A stretch of 64,000 nt of DNA from assembly GCF_021869535.1 (NCBI RefSeq), contig NW_026262648.1, positions 1,922,001-1,986,000 on the forward strand, read 5' to 3'. Source of the stretch: Mytilus californianus (Eukaryota). A model generated the notes under the pieces. That model did not search any database, had not been told where the DNA came from, and saw only the letters and a list, made by a program, of their open reading frames with translations. Positions 37,447 to 49,077 of the stretch are shown here, in pieces. Within the stretch, counting starts at the first letter, position 1; each line of letters starts with the position of its first letter. The position numbers and the translations under genes are program-made.

Positions 37447-39165
37447 GGTTACCTAACCCAAAGCGTCAAGAGAGCTATATTCATCACTTGCCGTCCGTCG
37501 TCCGTCGTTGTCGTCCGTTTACTTTTGCAGATATCTTCTCCTCCGAAACTACTGGGCCACAACATAGGCACTTGTCTCAGATTTTTTTTTTAGATATATA
37601 GGACTTTTTTTTCTGAGACAAGTGCCTGTGGGGCGAGTGTGGGCCACAATCATCATTTGTGAAATTTATCCAAAAATGACTGACATGGCTAAAAAAAAGA
37701 ACATAGGGGTAAAATGAAAGTGTTGTCTATTATCTGGATATCCCTATAGAAAGAGAAAATATAACAATACAGAAAGAAAGAGAGAAACTTTAAATAGCAT
37801 ACATGATATAAAAAGCAAGACAAAATCTACAAATTAATTAACATGTCCGAAATTGTAGGTTGGCTCCTGATAGAAGTTATTCCTCTTAAATGACGAGTTT
37901 TGCCAATGTTTTGCGTTTTTGTTTATTGTCTTGAAAACAGAAACTTTAAATAGCAATCATTATAAGCAAGATAAGATCTACAAAACAGTCAGCATGTCAG
38001 AAATCGCACGTTGGTTACTTATAGAAGTTATTTACCATTTTTTGCTTCTTTGCCTTTAATCTTGAAAACATTAATAGATAGACAGAAACTTTAAATATAA
38101 AAAAAGGATAAGCAAGACATTCAAACCAGACTAAAAGTCCGAAATCGCCAGTAAAATCCTTATATTATGAGTTATTGCCTTTAGATGACAATGTGTATCA
38201 ATGTTTGCGTTTATGCATATTATTTTGAAATTTATAACAGATAAATAGAAAGTTTAAACTGCAAAAATGATCAGTAAGAAAGCTCTTCAAATAAGCTGGA
38301 ATGGCTGAAAACATTGGTCGACTTCCTATATGAGTAATTGCTCCTAAATGACGATTGTAACTATTTTTTGCGTTTTTATTTTTGTTTTTTTTTTTTTATT
38401 TTGAAAACCAAAATAAATTAAGAGAAATTTAAAAAAAAAAATTATAACAAGGACAACCCGCAAAATTTGTCAGAATGTCTGAAATGTCGGTCGACTCTCT
38501 ATAGGGGTCATTGCCTCAAAATGACAGTTTTTAACTGGGTTTGCGAAGGTTTACCAAATTGGTAAGTATGGCGGGCGGGCGACGGGCAGTGGGCTGGCTG
38601 GCGGCTGTCAACAGTTTCCGTCCATTAACTTATAAACCATTCAACCAATGCTTTTCAAATTTTAATATGTTGATATTATAATTACAAAATGGAGGTCACT
38701 TTGAATATTGACGATTTTCACTTTAACCGTTCACGAGTTATGGCATTGATAGATTTGAAAATAGACTTAGAACGTGGCAGGTCAAAAAGCCTGAAAGCGC
38801 CTTTCAACATACAGAAAATCCAGTTTGCTGTCATTTTGACAGCTCATTCCTTGTGGACCATTTGTTTGCATTATTTTTCTAAAAAAAACCTTATTAGATA
38901 AAGAAATCCTGTGTATACCAAAAATGATAAGAAAAAAAAGATCTGCAAATATAGTAACATGTCTGAAATTGTCAGTCGATACTTATAGGAGTGTTTGCCC
39001 AATAATTATGATAAGTTACCCATTGTTTTATATGTTATGCAAAACCTGTAATAGATAAAGAAAAATGTAAACAGGAAAAATTATCAGTTAAACATGATCA
39101 ACAAATATTAGATCCAAGCCATCTTCAAGGTTGAAAATGCACATAGATTTAAGTGAGCGTCTGTA
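37447..39165 (+). mobile_element. Helentron/HINE-like element with ~160-175 bp internal satellite array and a nested GGCG-microsatellite element (38540-38870)
   Basis: T-run, CGTC microsatellite, TCTTCTCCT..GAAACTACTGGGCC core, repeated AGAAACTTTAAATAGCA...GTTATTGCC monomers. Confidence 0.65.
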
Positions 39166-40977
39166 GTATAACAATTCTTATTTGCTACCCCCTTTTTCCT
39201 CTGCACGTGTATCTTTTCGCTCTTTTACAGAAAATAAAACAATTTTCTTTTTTCTTATTTTTAAGGTAAGAAGAGCAAGAATTCTGACCAGATCCGACTT
39301 TGAACATATAGATATAGCATTCAACAAAGATTCCTGATTGTGCAGCAACATTTTTCGAACATTTATTAAACTGACAAAGAAACACTTTTTACCAACGTCC
39401 AATACAGTTTAATTTTTCTAAGCTTTGTATTTTACGATTGGCCACGATAATATCGTTTAAATATTGTAAGATTGGATTTGTCGGAACCCAATTAATGCAT
39501 TTATTCATGGTTATAAGGTGGACAGCTAATTTGGCTCCTCAAAACTTTTAGGATCAGAAAGACGAGCTGGTATTTAAAAGACTCGTGTTTCACCGTCCGG
39601 TAAATACAAATGTGCCTGTTTTGCCATTTCTGTGAGAATAATTTATCTATTTTGGTTGTTGGAGTTATAGTTATAATCAATCCACAATTAGTCAAAATCT
39701 TATAAAGAGTTTGCATTTCTATATTTCCATATGGTGCCAGTTATACATTTTTGTGATAGATTATTTTTTTTGTGATGTATATTATCGTTATACATGTAAA
39801 TAATTTTGTTCCTGTTATGAATCATTTTTATTGATTTAAATACCTCATTTTTGTATATTTTTTTCTATTGTAACTGTTGTATTTTAGGGTGAGTCATCTG
39901 CTCTACTTACATATTTTTGAATACTTTGGCATAATCCTAATTGCAAAAACTATAGGCATAATATATATATATATTGATAGTTCTTTTTTTTAGGCAGTTA
40001 AGGTTATAATATGCTAATAAATCGGTGTCACTTAAACACTTACTATAAAGATTCTCAGATGGGAAATCAGATATCTCATCAATATTGACAAAAATACATC
40101 GTGACTAGGAAAAATTCATTCAAAATAGGATTTCCTGTATTTGTTTCAAGTTTAATAGAAGAATAAAATTCAACTGATAAAAGTGTTATGAACTAGCTGT
40201 TTATGATTTGGCCTTGGTATAGATTCTCATTCAGCTGTATTGACCGTCGACTTTTTGAGTTTCGGGGTCAATACAGATAAACGAGAAGGTATACAATGTT
40301 GAAAAACAGCAACCCTAAAATAAGACCTAAATGGACACACACAAAACAAGCTAAGGAAAATCTATTTATCGGGAGGATAACCTGAGGTGATAACACATTG
40401 TTGTCGTTATTCAAGCGGATAAATTCTAAACTATCAAAATAATGCATGTATAACCTAGTACAAAAGTACTGATTAATCGATCTTGTGAGGCAGCAGTTCT
40501 TTTGTGCCAATAGTTGTTTTTAAGCTGTTTCATTTGCGCTATACTATATTTTTCAAACCCAGAATACAGAATTCATTTGTGTAAAATAGCTTATAGTATG
40601 ATATTTATTAGAGTACGTTTGGGTACCGTCATGGAATGTAATCCACCAGCAGTGGCATCAACCCAGTAGTGATCTTGCAAAATTACAAAATACCAAATTT
40701 GATAGACACATTTCGAAAATTGTGTGTATTTGTTTCACTCATAGGATAAAATTCTGAAGGTTATTAAAACCTACTGGAATTTTAATATTGAAGAGACTTT
40801 TTTAAAATAGATGCAAAAGTTTTATATATTTCCATGAAAGCAAAATATATATGAGGTGAAGAAGAAGAGTTATTTTGGTGTAGATATTATGTAAATGTAC
40901 TTTGTTGTAAATATTACAGTATTACATGTACTTTTTATTTTTATAAAAAATGAAAATATATGTTTTAGTATTATTGG

Positions 40978-41154
40978 TTAAAGCTCATCACGAACAAAGT
41001 TGCCCTGTTTGGTACGTGCATCATTAAATATTCTAGAAAGATGTACAAGTTTGTTTGGCTTGATATTTTCCAACTGGTCTCTGGTCAGCTTTGTCTGTCC
41101 AGGTTTATCTGTTAAAACATCGAATGCTTCTCTGGCTGAGGTATGGTCAGGATA
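40978..41154 (-). CDS. ER-luminal JmjC/cupin_8 protein, exon 8 (degenerate EF-hand, RDEL*)
   Basis: ttatag|TAT CCT...CGT GAT GAG CTT TAA. Confidence 0.9.
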   Translation of the reverse strand, partial: YPDHTSAREAFDVLTDKPGQTKLTRDQLENIKPNKLVHLSRIFNDARTKQGNFVRDEL

Positions 41155-41577
41155 CTATAAATAGAAAAAAGAAATGTTTTAAGTAAATTAACATCAGATC
41201 TTGAAAAAGAAATCTGCCACTAATCATATAAAAAGGACAAACGTTTATATGTTGCTTCAAATGCATCAAAATACTTGTGTATAGTTAAAAATCTCCTTGT
41301 CTCTGGTTTATATAATTTTTTTCTTTTATTTTTTTATTAGTATGAACACACTTCGTTTACAGTCGCATGTTTTATGAGTAGCAACATTTGATATAATGCA
41401 GACACAATAGTTATATAAGTAATGTGTAAAATTCAGTGAGATAGCAATTCAACGACATATGATTATACAAAACAGACATCTCGGCTATATAATGCCTATT
41501 GTATACTCTTCATTGTAAAGTCTACAAAAGCTGTGTAAAAAAGCATTGCAGATCTACATCTGTATGTAAACATTTAC

Positions 41578-41700
41578 CTGTTCCAAAGCATCTTCAAAAA
41601 AATGTTCAAATTTTTCATAGTGAATTTCATCATCAGCCCTCAATAATAGATCAAGGTATTTCTTCAAAATAGATGGTTCCATGTTCATTGCAGATATTTG
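41578..41700 (-). CDS. JmjC/cupin_8 protein, exon 7
   Basis: tttcag|CAA ATA...GAA CAG|gtaaat; phase 0/0. Confidence 0.88.
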
Positions 41701-42053
41701 CTGAAATATACGAATTATTGGGTGAAGTATGGAAATGTACAAATTGTCCTCAGTAAGTTAGACATATAATCCTACACATAGACATCAAAGTTGATATCTT
41801 ATTAATAGTTGTTTAGTAAACCTTTTCTCAGAGATTTTTTATTTTATTACAATGAGAAAAAACTAAAGAGCTGTGCATTATTTTTGTGACATGTCTTATT
41901 GATTTTTAAAGTAGACTGACAATTAAATTACCATTTCTATTCTCAAAGCTAGTGTACCTTAATGGCAAATATGAGAAGAAATATTGCATTTCAAATTCTT
42001 CAAAGATATATCGGGAAAACATTTTACAAGAGTTATATTATCGATTAACTTAC

Positions 42054-42229
42054 CCTTTCAGAATCTCGAACAACCCAAACATATGCTGCATCAGACAATT
42101 TTTCTTCTTTCTTCTGTCCATTTACTTCAGTGGTTAGCTTACAGTCTGATGAATCAAAAACTCTAGATGGAGCAAATAATATACTAAAGGAAATACCACG
42201 ACCATATGACCTGACCTGATGTAAATAAC
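42054..42229 (-). CDS. JmjC/cupin_8 protein, exon 6 (distal His, GYLHQVRS)
   Basis: ttctag|GT TAT...GAA AGG|gtaagt. Confidence 0.9.
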
Positions 42230-42705
42230 CTAGAAAATATTTATGTTTCACTATATTTTAGTAGTAACTTCTGCAATTATGGGTAGTCAGTTGTGTGCTA
42301 CTCTGTTCTATTTCATAGATGTTAGTACATGATTTGTGTGAGCACTTACACCAAATCTCTTTTTTTTATCACTTGTGATTTTTTATTAAAGAAATGCACA
42401 TGTATACCCCGAGAGGATGAAGGCATATGAACAATACAAATATATGCACAAGGCAAACATTCATGATAAAATATTAAAACATCATATACCGGTAGTAAAA
42501 ATGTTTGAATATGTGTAACATTGATTTCTTACCATCTTATCCTTAAGTTTGTGTTTATTGTATTGATTTTTCTTTAGAAAATATTTTTGCCTTTATTTAC
42601 CAAAACTAAGAGTTTCGATTGACCTATTTGAGTAAGAGTTATTTCCCTTCGCCACCATTTTGGATGTCAACGTGCACAAATTCCTTCATAAAACAAACAA
42701 ATTAA

Positions 42706-43078
42706 ACTTCTATACTAATTGGTAAACCTTAAAAAAGGTTGCTTAAGCTTTGGTATATCCAAAAATTCTACCTGATAAAGATCTTTTTATCAGATATGCT
42801 TGTATCCACTCTTTTAGTTTGGTTACAAAAATAGGAGAATCAACCAGACTGCCTTCCAATATGGCGGCCAGGGGAAATGACTTCAACTACTTCTATACTA
42901 ATTGTTAAACCTTAAAAAAGGTTGCTTAAGCCTTGGTATATTCAAAAATTCTACTTGATAAAGATCTTTTATCAGATATGCTTGTATCCACTCATTTAGT
43001 TTGGTTACACAAATAGGAGAATCAACCAAACTGCCTTCCAATATGGCAATATGGCGGCCAGGGGAAATGACTTCAACT
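42706..43078. repeat. ~184-bp intronic tandem duplication
   Basis: ACTTCTATACTAATTG...GGGGAAATGACTTCAACT twice. Confidence 0.85.
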
Positions 43079-43300
43079 CAATTAGATGCCTTTACTCTGA
43101 GCTTTCATTGCTGTTATCATGCTTGCATGTCTTTGTGAACAATTATTGACATTTTTTAATTGTATCCGTCTTGCCTTCGCATTGATTGTAATTTCTCTGT
43201 TTTATGCAAATATCCGATTGCATTAAAGTTTACTGAACTGTTCTTCTCTTCTTTCCTTTATATGTCTATTTATGATAATACATAATACGTAATAACATAC

Positions 43301-43433
43301 CAGCTGGGATGAGTATACAGTCTCCTTGATTTATTGTTGCATACGACCATGGTATATTAGCAATGTCTTTATTTTTGAACATGTTTATCATATCCATGTC
43401 TAACTTTGAGAATCCAGACCCGGCATTGTGGTA
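43301..43433 (-). CDS. JmjC/cupin_8 protein, exon 5
   Basis: tgtcag|TAC CAC...GCT G|gtatgt; GFSKLDMDMINM...IPWSYATINQGDCILIPAG. Confidence 0.92.
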
Positions 43434-43966
43434 CTGACAATGATAAAAATCAATAAGTTAAGGTTCATTCTAAATAAATTGAATAATTTCATGAATTTGT
43501 CTTAATAATAAAAAATAACACGACCAACGGGTGCAACTAATTGACAATGATCCGCTTTACCCTTTTCGAAGCACCTATGGTCACGCCTACTTCTTTGTTG
43601 GGTTCGTTTTGATCAGTCTTTAGTTTTCTATTTGTGTTTTGTGAACTTGTTTGTCTTTTGTCATCTTCCGTTTTCTTGATATTATGGCGTTGTCGGTTTC
43701 TCTCGACTTATCAGTTTTGAACGTTCCCTTGGTACCTTCCGCTCTTTTTTCTCTAATAAACATGTTTTAAACTAAAAATATCTATTACCTCTATAAAGGT
43801 GAACATTTATCCTGATGTTCATAGTGTATGTACTTAGAAATGTTAACAAAACCATAAAGTTGTAAAGCGGCCATGCAAAGTTACGAAATCAAAGTCGTTA
43901 ATATAAGGAGGGAAAAAAACAAGGTACTTAGTCTTTGAGACATAAAAGACCGCAGTATTATTTTAC

Positions 43967-44158
43967 CTTCTCGGTATAATCAAAAGACGATTTGTATTGT
44001 CCATCTATCACAATAAAATCTTTCCTTCCAAATAAAACACAATGGATGTTATGGTCGTCATGGCTATGGAGTAATGAAGCTGTTCCGCCACTGCTCATCC
44101 ACAGTTCTGCTTCCTGTAATCTTTGTCTGTATGAGCCACATCGTAAACAATCGGGAAG
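43967..44158 (-). CDS. JmjC/cupin_8 protein, exon 4 (metal motif)
   Basis: ccttag|CTT CCC...GAG AAG|gtaaaa; LPDCLRCG...LWMSSGGTASLLHSHDDHNIHCVLFGRKDF. Confidence 0.92.
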
Positions 44159-44677
44159 CTAAGGAAAATAAGTTTCAAAACTAAACAGAAACGTTTACAT
44201 CAAAAGTAGCTACAAAAACAAGGAAAAACTATTTACACAAAAAAATCAATGAAAAACTATTTAAATAAAAAAATCGATGAAAAACTATTTACATCAATAT
44301 TAACTACAAAAACAAAGGAAAAAACTATTTACACCAATATTAACTAAAAAAAACAACGGAAAAACTATTTACATCAATATTAACTACCAAAAAAAAAAAA
44401 CTATCTAAAATACATTAAGGTAACACAAAAATGTTTTTCTCATGGAACAAAACCAGCAGAAATTATATATATTGCAATTATTGTATAATTTATATCATCT
44501 GTTCAGTTTTTCCATCTTTGTGCGATGATATTCAACACTTTTAGTGTTTTGTTTTCCATCTATTTATCGGTATTGTTACACAATCTTTTAGACTCATATA
44601 ATTTTCCCTGTTTGTGTAGTATTGTCTATTTTGATGATCCAATACCTATTAAGTTTACTGGTTGGTAGATTCTTATA

Positions 44678-44688
<11 letters not shown>

Positions 44689-44739
<51 letters not shown>
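44689..44739. repeat. (CT)n(AT)n compound microsatellite
   Basis: Direct reading. Confidence 0.95.
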
Positions 44740-44740
<1 letters not shown>

Positions 44741-44996
44741 AAATAATTCATTTTATTGATAACTTAGTAAACTTAAAAAAGTGCAAATTGCAGTACTCAC
44801 GATATAAATGTTTTAAAATAATTCTTTACGTTTAGCACAACAGAATATAAATGCGGTTTTATTTTTATTATTAAGTCCCATAAAATAAGTATTACAAGCA
44901 ATGTTTCCTTTTGTACACTGGTACTTTCTTAAAAATGAAAAGTTATAATTCAAAGATTAAGTACAAGAAACTATTAGAACGAACAAGGTTACTTAC

Positions 44997-45150
44997 AGGA
45001 AGTTCATCTGCCATTTCTTTGGGCATTGTGGTCGCAAGCCACCAATCATCGTACATATAGTCTAGAAGAAATTTTTTGAACTGCATAAGGCTCTGAACTC
45101 GTCTCTGTAACTGTTTCTTTATTGTTGTTGTTATACTCAGATTACCAAAT
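44997..45150 (-). CDS. JmjC/cupin_8 protein, exon 3
   Basis: ttgtag|A TTT GGT...CTT CCT|gtaagt; FGNL...MQFKKFLLDY...MPKEMADELP. Confidence 0.9.
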
Positions 45151-46628
45151 CTACAACCAGTAGAATTTACTATGAATAAAAGTAATGACGAACTGTTTAA
45201 ATAGTTTTACTCGGATGATCATGCAGAAAAGTTGATGGATGACGAATGAAGGATGCATTATTGTTTAATTGTTATTTGATCCACGTTCAGTGGCAAATAT
45301 ACCATGCTTATTTAGGTCATAACAATTAATAGGTAGGTTCTGCTAGCGGAAAGAGCAATTTTATATGTGTGTAATGTAATGTGTGTTATCTTTAGTTTTT
45401 CAACTGTTTTATTAACATTTTATGTTAAGTTAAAAACCTTTGATATCAATAGTTATGTTTCGTTCAAAATTGGTTAATACGCATATAGTGAACACATTAA
45501 GGCTTGATTATTTACAATGCTACAGGATTAATAGTTATTGTCACTCGAAGGTGTGAATATGATCTTAAATGGTCTGACAATGCTATGTTTAATTTTATAA
45601 ACATTTAAAACCCTCGCCTTCGTCTCGGTCTTAAAATATGAATCAAATATGTCCATGTATTGTCTAACCTATAATTGAAAAGGGAGAGAGTGTTAAATTT
45701 GGTAAAAGGGAAAACGTTTAGCTTTTTTTTTTTGGCTTAGTTTTATGCGATTTTTAATCTATTTGAAAATGTGGAATTTCAAACCCTGTACATTTTTATA
45801 AGTTTACTTATGCATTTTCCTAATCAAAGAAAAACACATGTGCTAATATTGCTTTAATTTCCGTTGATTGGGAAGTATAAATGGATATTGATTTTTTTAT
45901 ATATACCTTGTAGTCTTTTACACTTTGTATTCTCTATTCTTAATGGCTAGTGAGTAATTGAACACAATTTGAAAGACATTAATAAGAAATTGTATGTTAG
46001 GTAAAACTCTTCTCAGTTCACCCTCTGGGATGGCACGTATAATCTACACACAATGTAATTCTGTGTTGGTAAAATCATAAACACATTTTAAAACATAAGG
46101 AAAATAATCTGAGATATGAGAAAATATTTTTACAAAATATCTGTAACAGAGAAAATGGGGTCATTTCCCTAAATGCATTTGGGTAAAAGGGGGCTTGTTT
46201 AGCCACATACCTCCAATTATAAGAGTCTTGATTGGGGCCCTTCATTTCTGTATTCTTTAATTTTTTAGGCCATTTTTCTCTATTCTTTATGCTTTTTGCC
46301 CATTATTCTCTATTCTTTATATTTTAGAACCAAATTATTCTCTTTTCTTGATTTGTTTGGTCCATTTTTCTCTATTTTTTATATTTGTTGCCCATTATTC
46401 TTTATTTTGTAAACCCCCATCCACACCCTCATGTATACCTGAACCTGTCTTTATTATTACTGTAAAACACATTTTGAAACAATAATTCGCTTTTTGTTAA
46501 AGAATTGCTTGATCTTGTAACTGTTCATATCATTAACCTTAGCTTTACAGATGTGTGTTGCATGGAAACAGACAATACAATTAATATAAATCAGACCGAA
46601 ATACAATTATTATTTTTCTTAATAGTTA

Positions 46629-46755
46629 AAAATGCACATCTACAGATAGTTTAATGCACATCTACAGATAGTTAAATGCACATCTACTGGTAGTTAAATG
46701 CACATCTACATGTAGTTAAATGCACATCTACAGATAGTTAAATGCACATCTACAG
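46629..46755. repeat. ~22-bp minisatellite x6
   Basis: AAATGCACATCTACAGATAGTT. Confidence 0.9.
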
Positions 46756-46945
46756 AGGACGAGAAAGGACTTAAAACAATTATCAGTTTGTTAATTCTAG
46801 ATATCGTAGATATATATTTTAACTAGATTATCATTATTATTACCAAAGGTATCAAGTTGGGATATACTTAATTCCCATGGAAAAGTAACTTTTCCATATA
46901 AAACAGTCAGAGTTCAATCGGACACCGTATTTAAACTTGACTTAC

Positions 46946-47114
46946 TTGTCCTTTAAATATTTATCTTCATTCCAAGTAGTAAATACCGGTAGATCTTTTA
47001 GTGCTTCTCGTATTACAACAGGTCGATTTTGTTTGATATATTTCATCTCAAATGAATGTGCATCAGGCATGTCTAAGATTTCTTTCACTTTACCAGAAGG
47101 TTTCCGTTGATATC
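46946..47114 (-). CDS. JmjC/cupin_8 protein, exon 2
   Basis: ctatag|GA TAT...GAC AA|gtaagt; PDAHSFEMKYIKQNRPVVIREALKDLPVFTTW.EDKYL, typical cupin_8 start. Confidence 0.92.
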
Positions 47115-47489
47115 CTATAGTAGAAAACAAACAAAATTGAAAATATAGAATGTTTTTAACTTGTACCTATTAATCAAGAACGCTGGGAATCAATTGAATA
47201 TGCAACAAAAAGAAGTATTCATATCGATAGCAGAAGTGTTTCCCAAAATACCCTAACATGCACGAATATTCATTTCCTTGTTATCCCAGGTAAGGGGAGG
47301 ACTAAGCACTCAAAAACATGTTTTATTTCGTTACCACAAATTACTTAAAACCTTTACTAAATTCTTCCATAGATATATAGATTTGGGTTTTGAAGTTTGG
47401 TTGTACCTGTAGAAATCTTATTTCAAATGGCTTGGCACATCCTAATTTTTACGGAGATGTTGTTTACCGAGCCCGGAAATTTAGATACA

Positions 47490-48215
47490 ATTAGAGTATA
47501 CTTATCAATCCTTTAAATAAACTTTTTTCTAAAATGTTACCAATTCAACACTGTAATTAGATCTTTGAATATTGTTTTTTATTGGTATTAATATTGATTT
47601 TGTTATCAATAAATCAAAATCAAACTAAATATTATTTTTATATACATATGCACATTCATGGCTCTTCAATCTGTCGATACCTGTATCTTGGCATTACACA
47701 CGGTCATGTTTTCTCTGATAGTTAATGACGCCTTTACACTAAATACATTGGATTTTGGATGTGTACTGATTGATATTTTAGTCTTAGATACATGATCTTT
47801 TTTTTATTAGTTGTTATTGGCTTTAAACTAGCTGTCAGTAACTGCGAGTACTCTCAGATCTGTACTTAGTGTCTTTTTGTTATGGGAATGTTAAAGTACC
47901 CTGCCACGTCCACTTTGTGTTTTTTGTTAGATGTATTTCTACTTGTATCCATCTGATGAGTTAAGCCTTTTTCAACTGATGTTTATAGTATGTTCTTATG
48001 TTGTACTGTTACACCACTGTCCCAGGTTAGGGGAGGGTTGGCGCCTTCAAACTAGTTTAACCCCGCTACATTCTGTATGTGCCTGTCCCAAGTCAGGAGC
48101 CTGTAATTCCGTAGTTATCGTTTGCTGCTGTGTATCATATTTGTTTTTCGTTCATTATTTTGTACATGAATTAGGCCGTTAGTTTTCTCGTTTGAATTGT
48201 TTTACATTTGTCATT
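47490..48215 (+). mobile_element. Penelope-like family C, RT tip plus 3' UTR, antisense in JmjC intron 1
   Basis: NTVIRSLNIVFIGINIDFVINK resembles the family B end; shared 3' UTR motifs. Confidence 0.7.
47716..47783 (+). ncRNA. SECIS-like element, family C
   Basis: ATGA C GCCTTTACAC T AAA TACATTGGATTTTGGA T GTGTACTGAT TGAT; helix II has several mismatches. Confidence 0.45.
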
Positions 48216-48601
48216 TCGGGGCCTTTTATAGTTGACTATGCGGTATGGGTTTTGCTCATTGTTGAAGGACGTACGGTGACCTATAGTTGTTAATGTCTGT
48301 GTCATTTGGTCTCTTGCGGAGAGTTGTATCATTGGCAATCATACCACATCTTCTTATTTTTATATTAACTCCGCTGTAATTCAGGGGTTATTGTCTGTTG
48401 TATCCTTTTTTCTTTTATTGTTTTGTGAAAAATCAGGTCGTATGGTTTTCATTTTGAATTGTTCCACATTTTTTAATCTCGTGGCCTTTTATAGCTGACT
48501 ATACGGCATGGGTTTTGCTAATTGTTGAAGGCCCTACGGTGACCTATAGTTACTTAAATCGTCGTCATTTGGACTCCTTATTTTATATAAGATCTCTTTA
48601 C

Positions 48602-48666
48602 AAGATCGAAACCACGATTTCTCGCACTGAAGACGCGCGAGCTACCAAGAGACCACCGTGGCGGTT
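48602..48666 (-). mobile_element. SINE tRNA-head fragment
   Basis: CCGCCACGGTGGTCTCTTGGTAGC...GTGGTTTCGATC, similar to the 3173 head. Confidence 0.5.
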
Positions 48667-48688
48667 CGAGTAGCAATTGGCCTTTTCG

Positions 48689-48912
48689 GTGCCATAGAAT
48701 AACATTGACTAGAATTTACTTAGTGGTGCAATAGAATAACATTGACTAGAATTTACCTAATGGTGACATAGAAAAACATGGACTAAAAATTATCAAATGA
48801 TGCCATAGCTTAACATTGACTAGAATTTACCTAAATGTTGCCATATCAGAACATTGACTAGGACTTACCTAATGTTGCCATAGCGGATCATTGACTAGAA
48901 CTTACCTAATGG
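48689..48912. repeat. 37-bp minisatellite x6 built on the exon 1 splice donor
   Basis: Minus-strand unit CATTAG|GTAAGTTCTAGTCAATG...; periods 37,37,37,38,37. Confidence 0.92.
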
Positions 48913-49077
48913 TCTCAGATGGCCGAGAGGGATGGCAGATGATGTTGTATGCTTGATAACCGGTGGGAATACAATATCCATAGACATGTCTTTATGAAAT
49001 CCTACTTTGCATTCAAAAATGTTCAAAATATCACTAATGATAAAGAAGTAAGTACAAATGGCCGCGAACGAATTCAT
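48906..49077 (-). CDS. JmjC/cupin_8 protein, exon 1 (probable signal peptide)
   Basis: MNSFAAICTYFFIISDIL...PLGHLRPL G|gtaagt; joins exon 2 as GHLRPLGYQR; eight exons sum to 1296 nt = 431 aa + stop. Confidence 0.88.

Noticed and set aside
39178-39716. Coding-looking minus-strand ORFs
   Set aside because: Frames broken, no splice support or family match
40268-40510. Hydrophobic ORF as a membrane protein
   Set aside because: AT-rich composition explains it; lies 3' of the JmjC stop
47951-47985. CTGATGAG as a hammerhead core (also 9719 and 23915)
   Set aside because: No GAAA after stem II and no stem III
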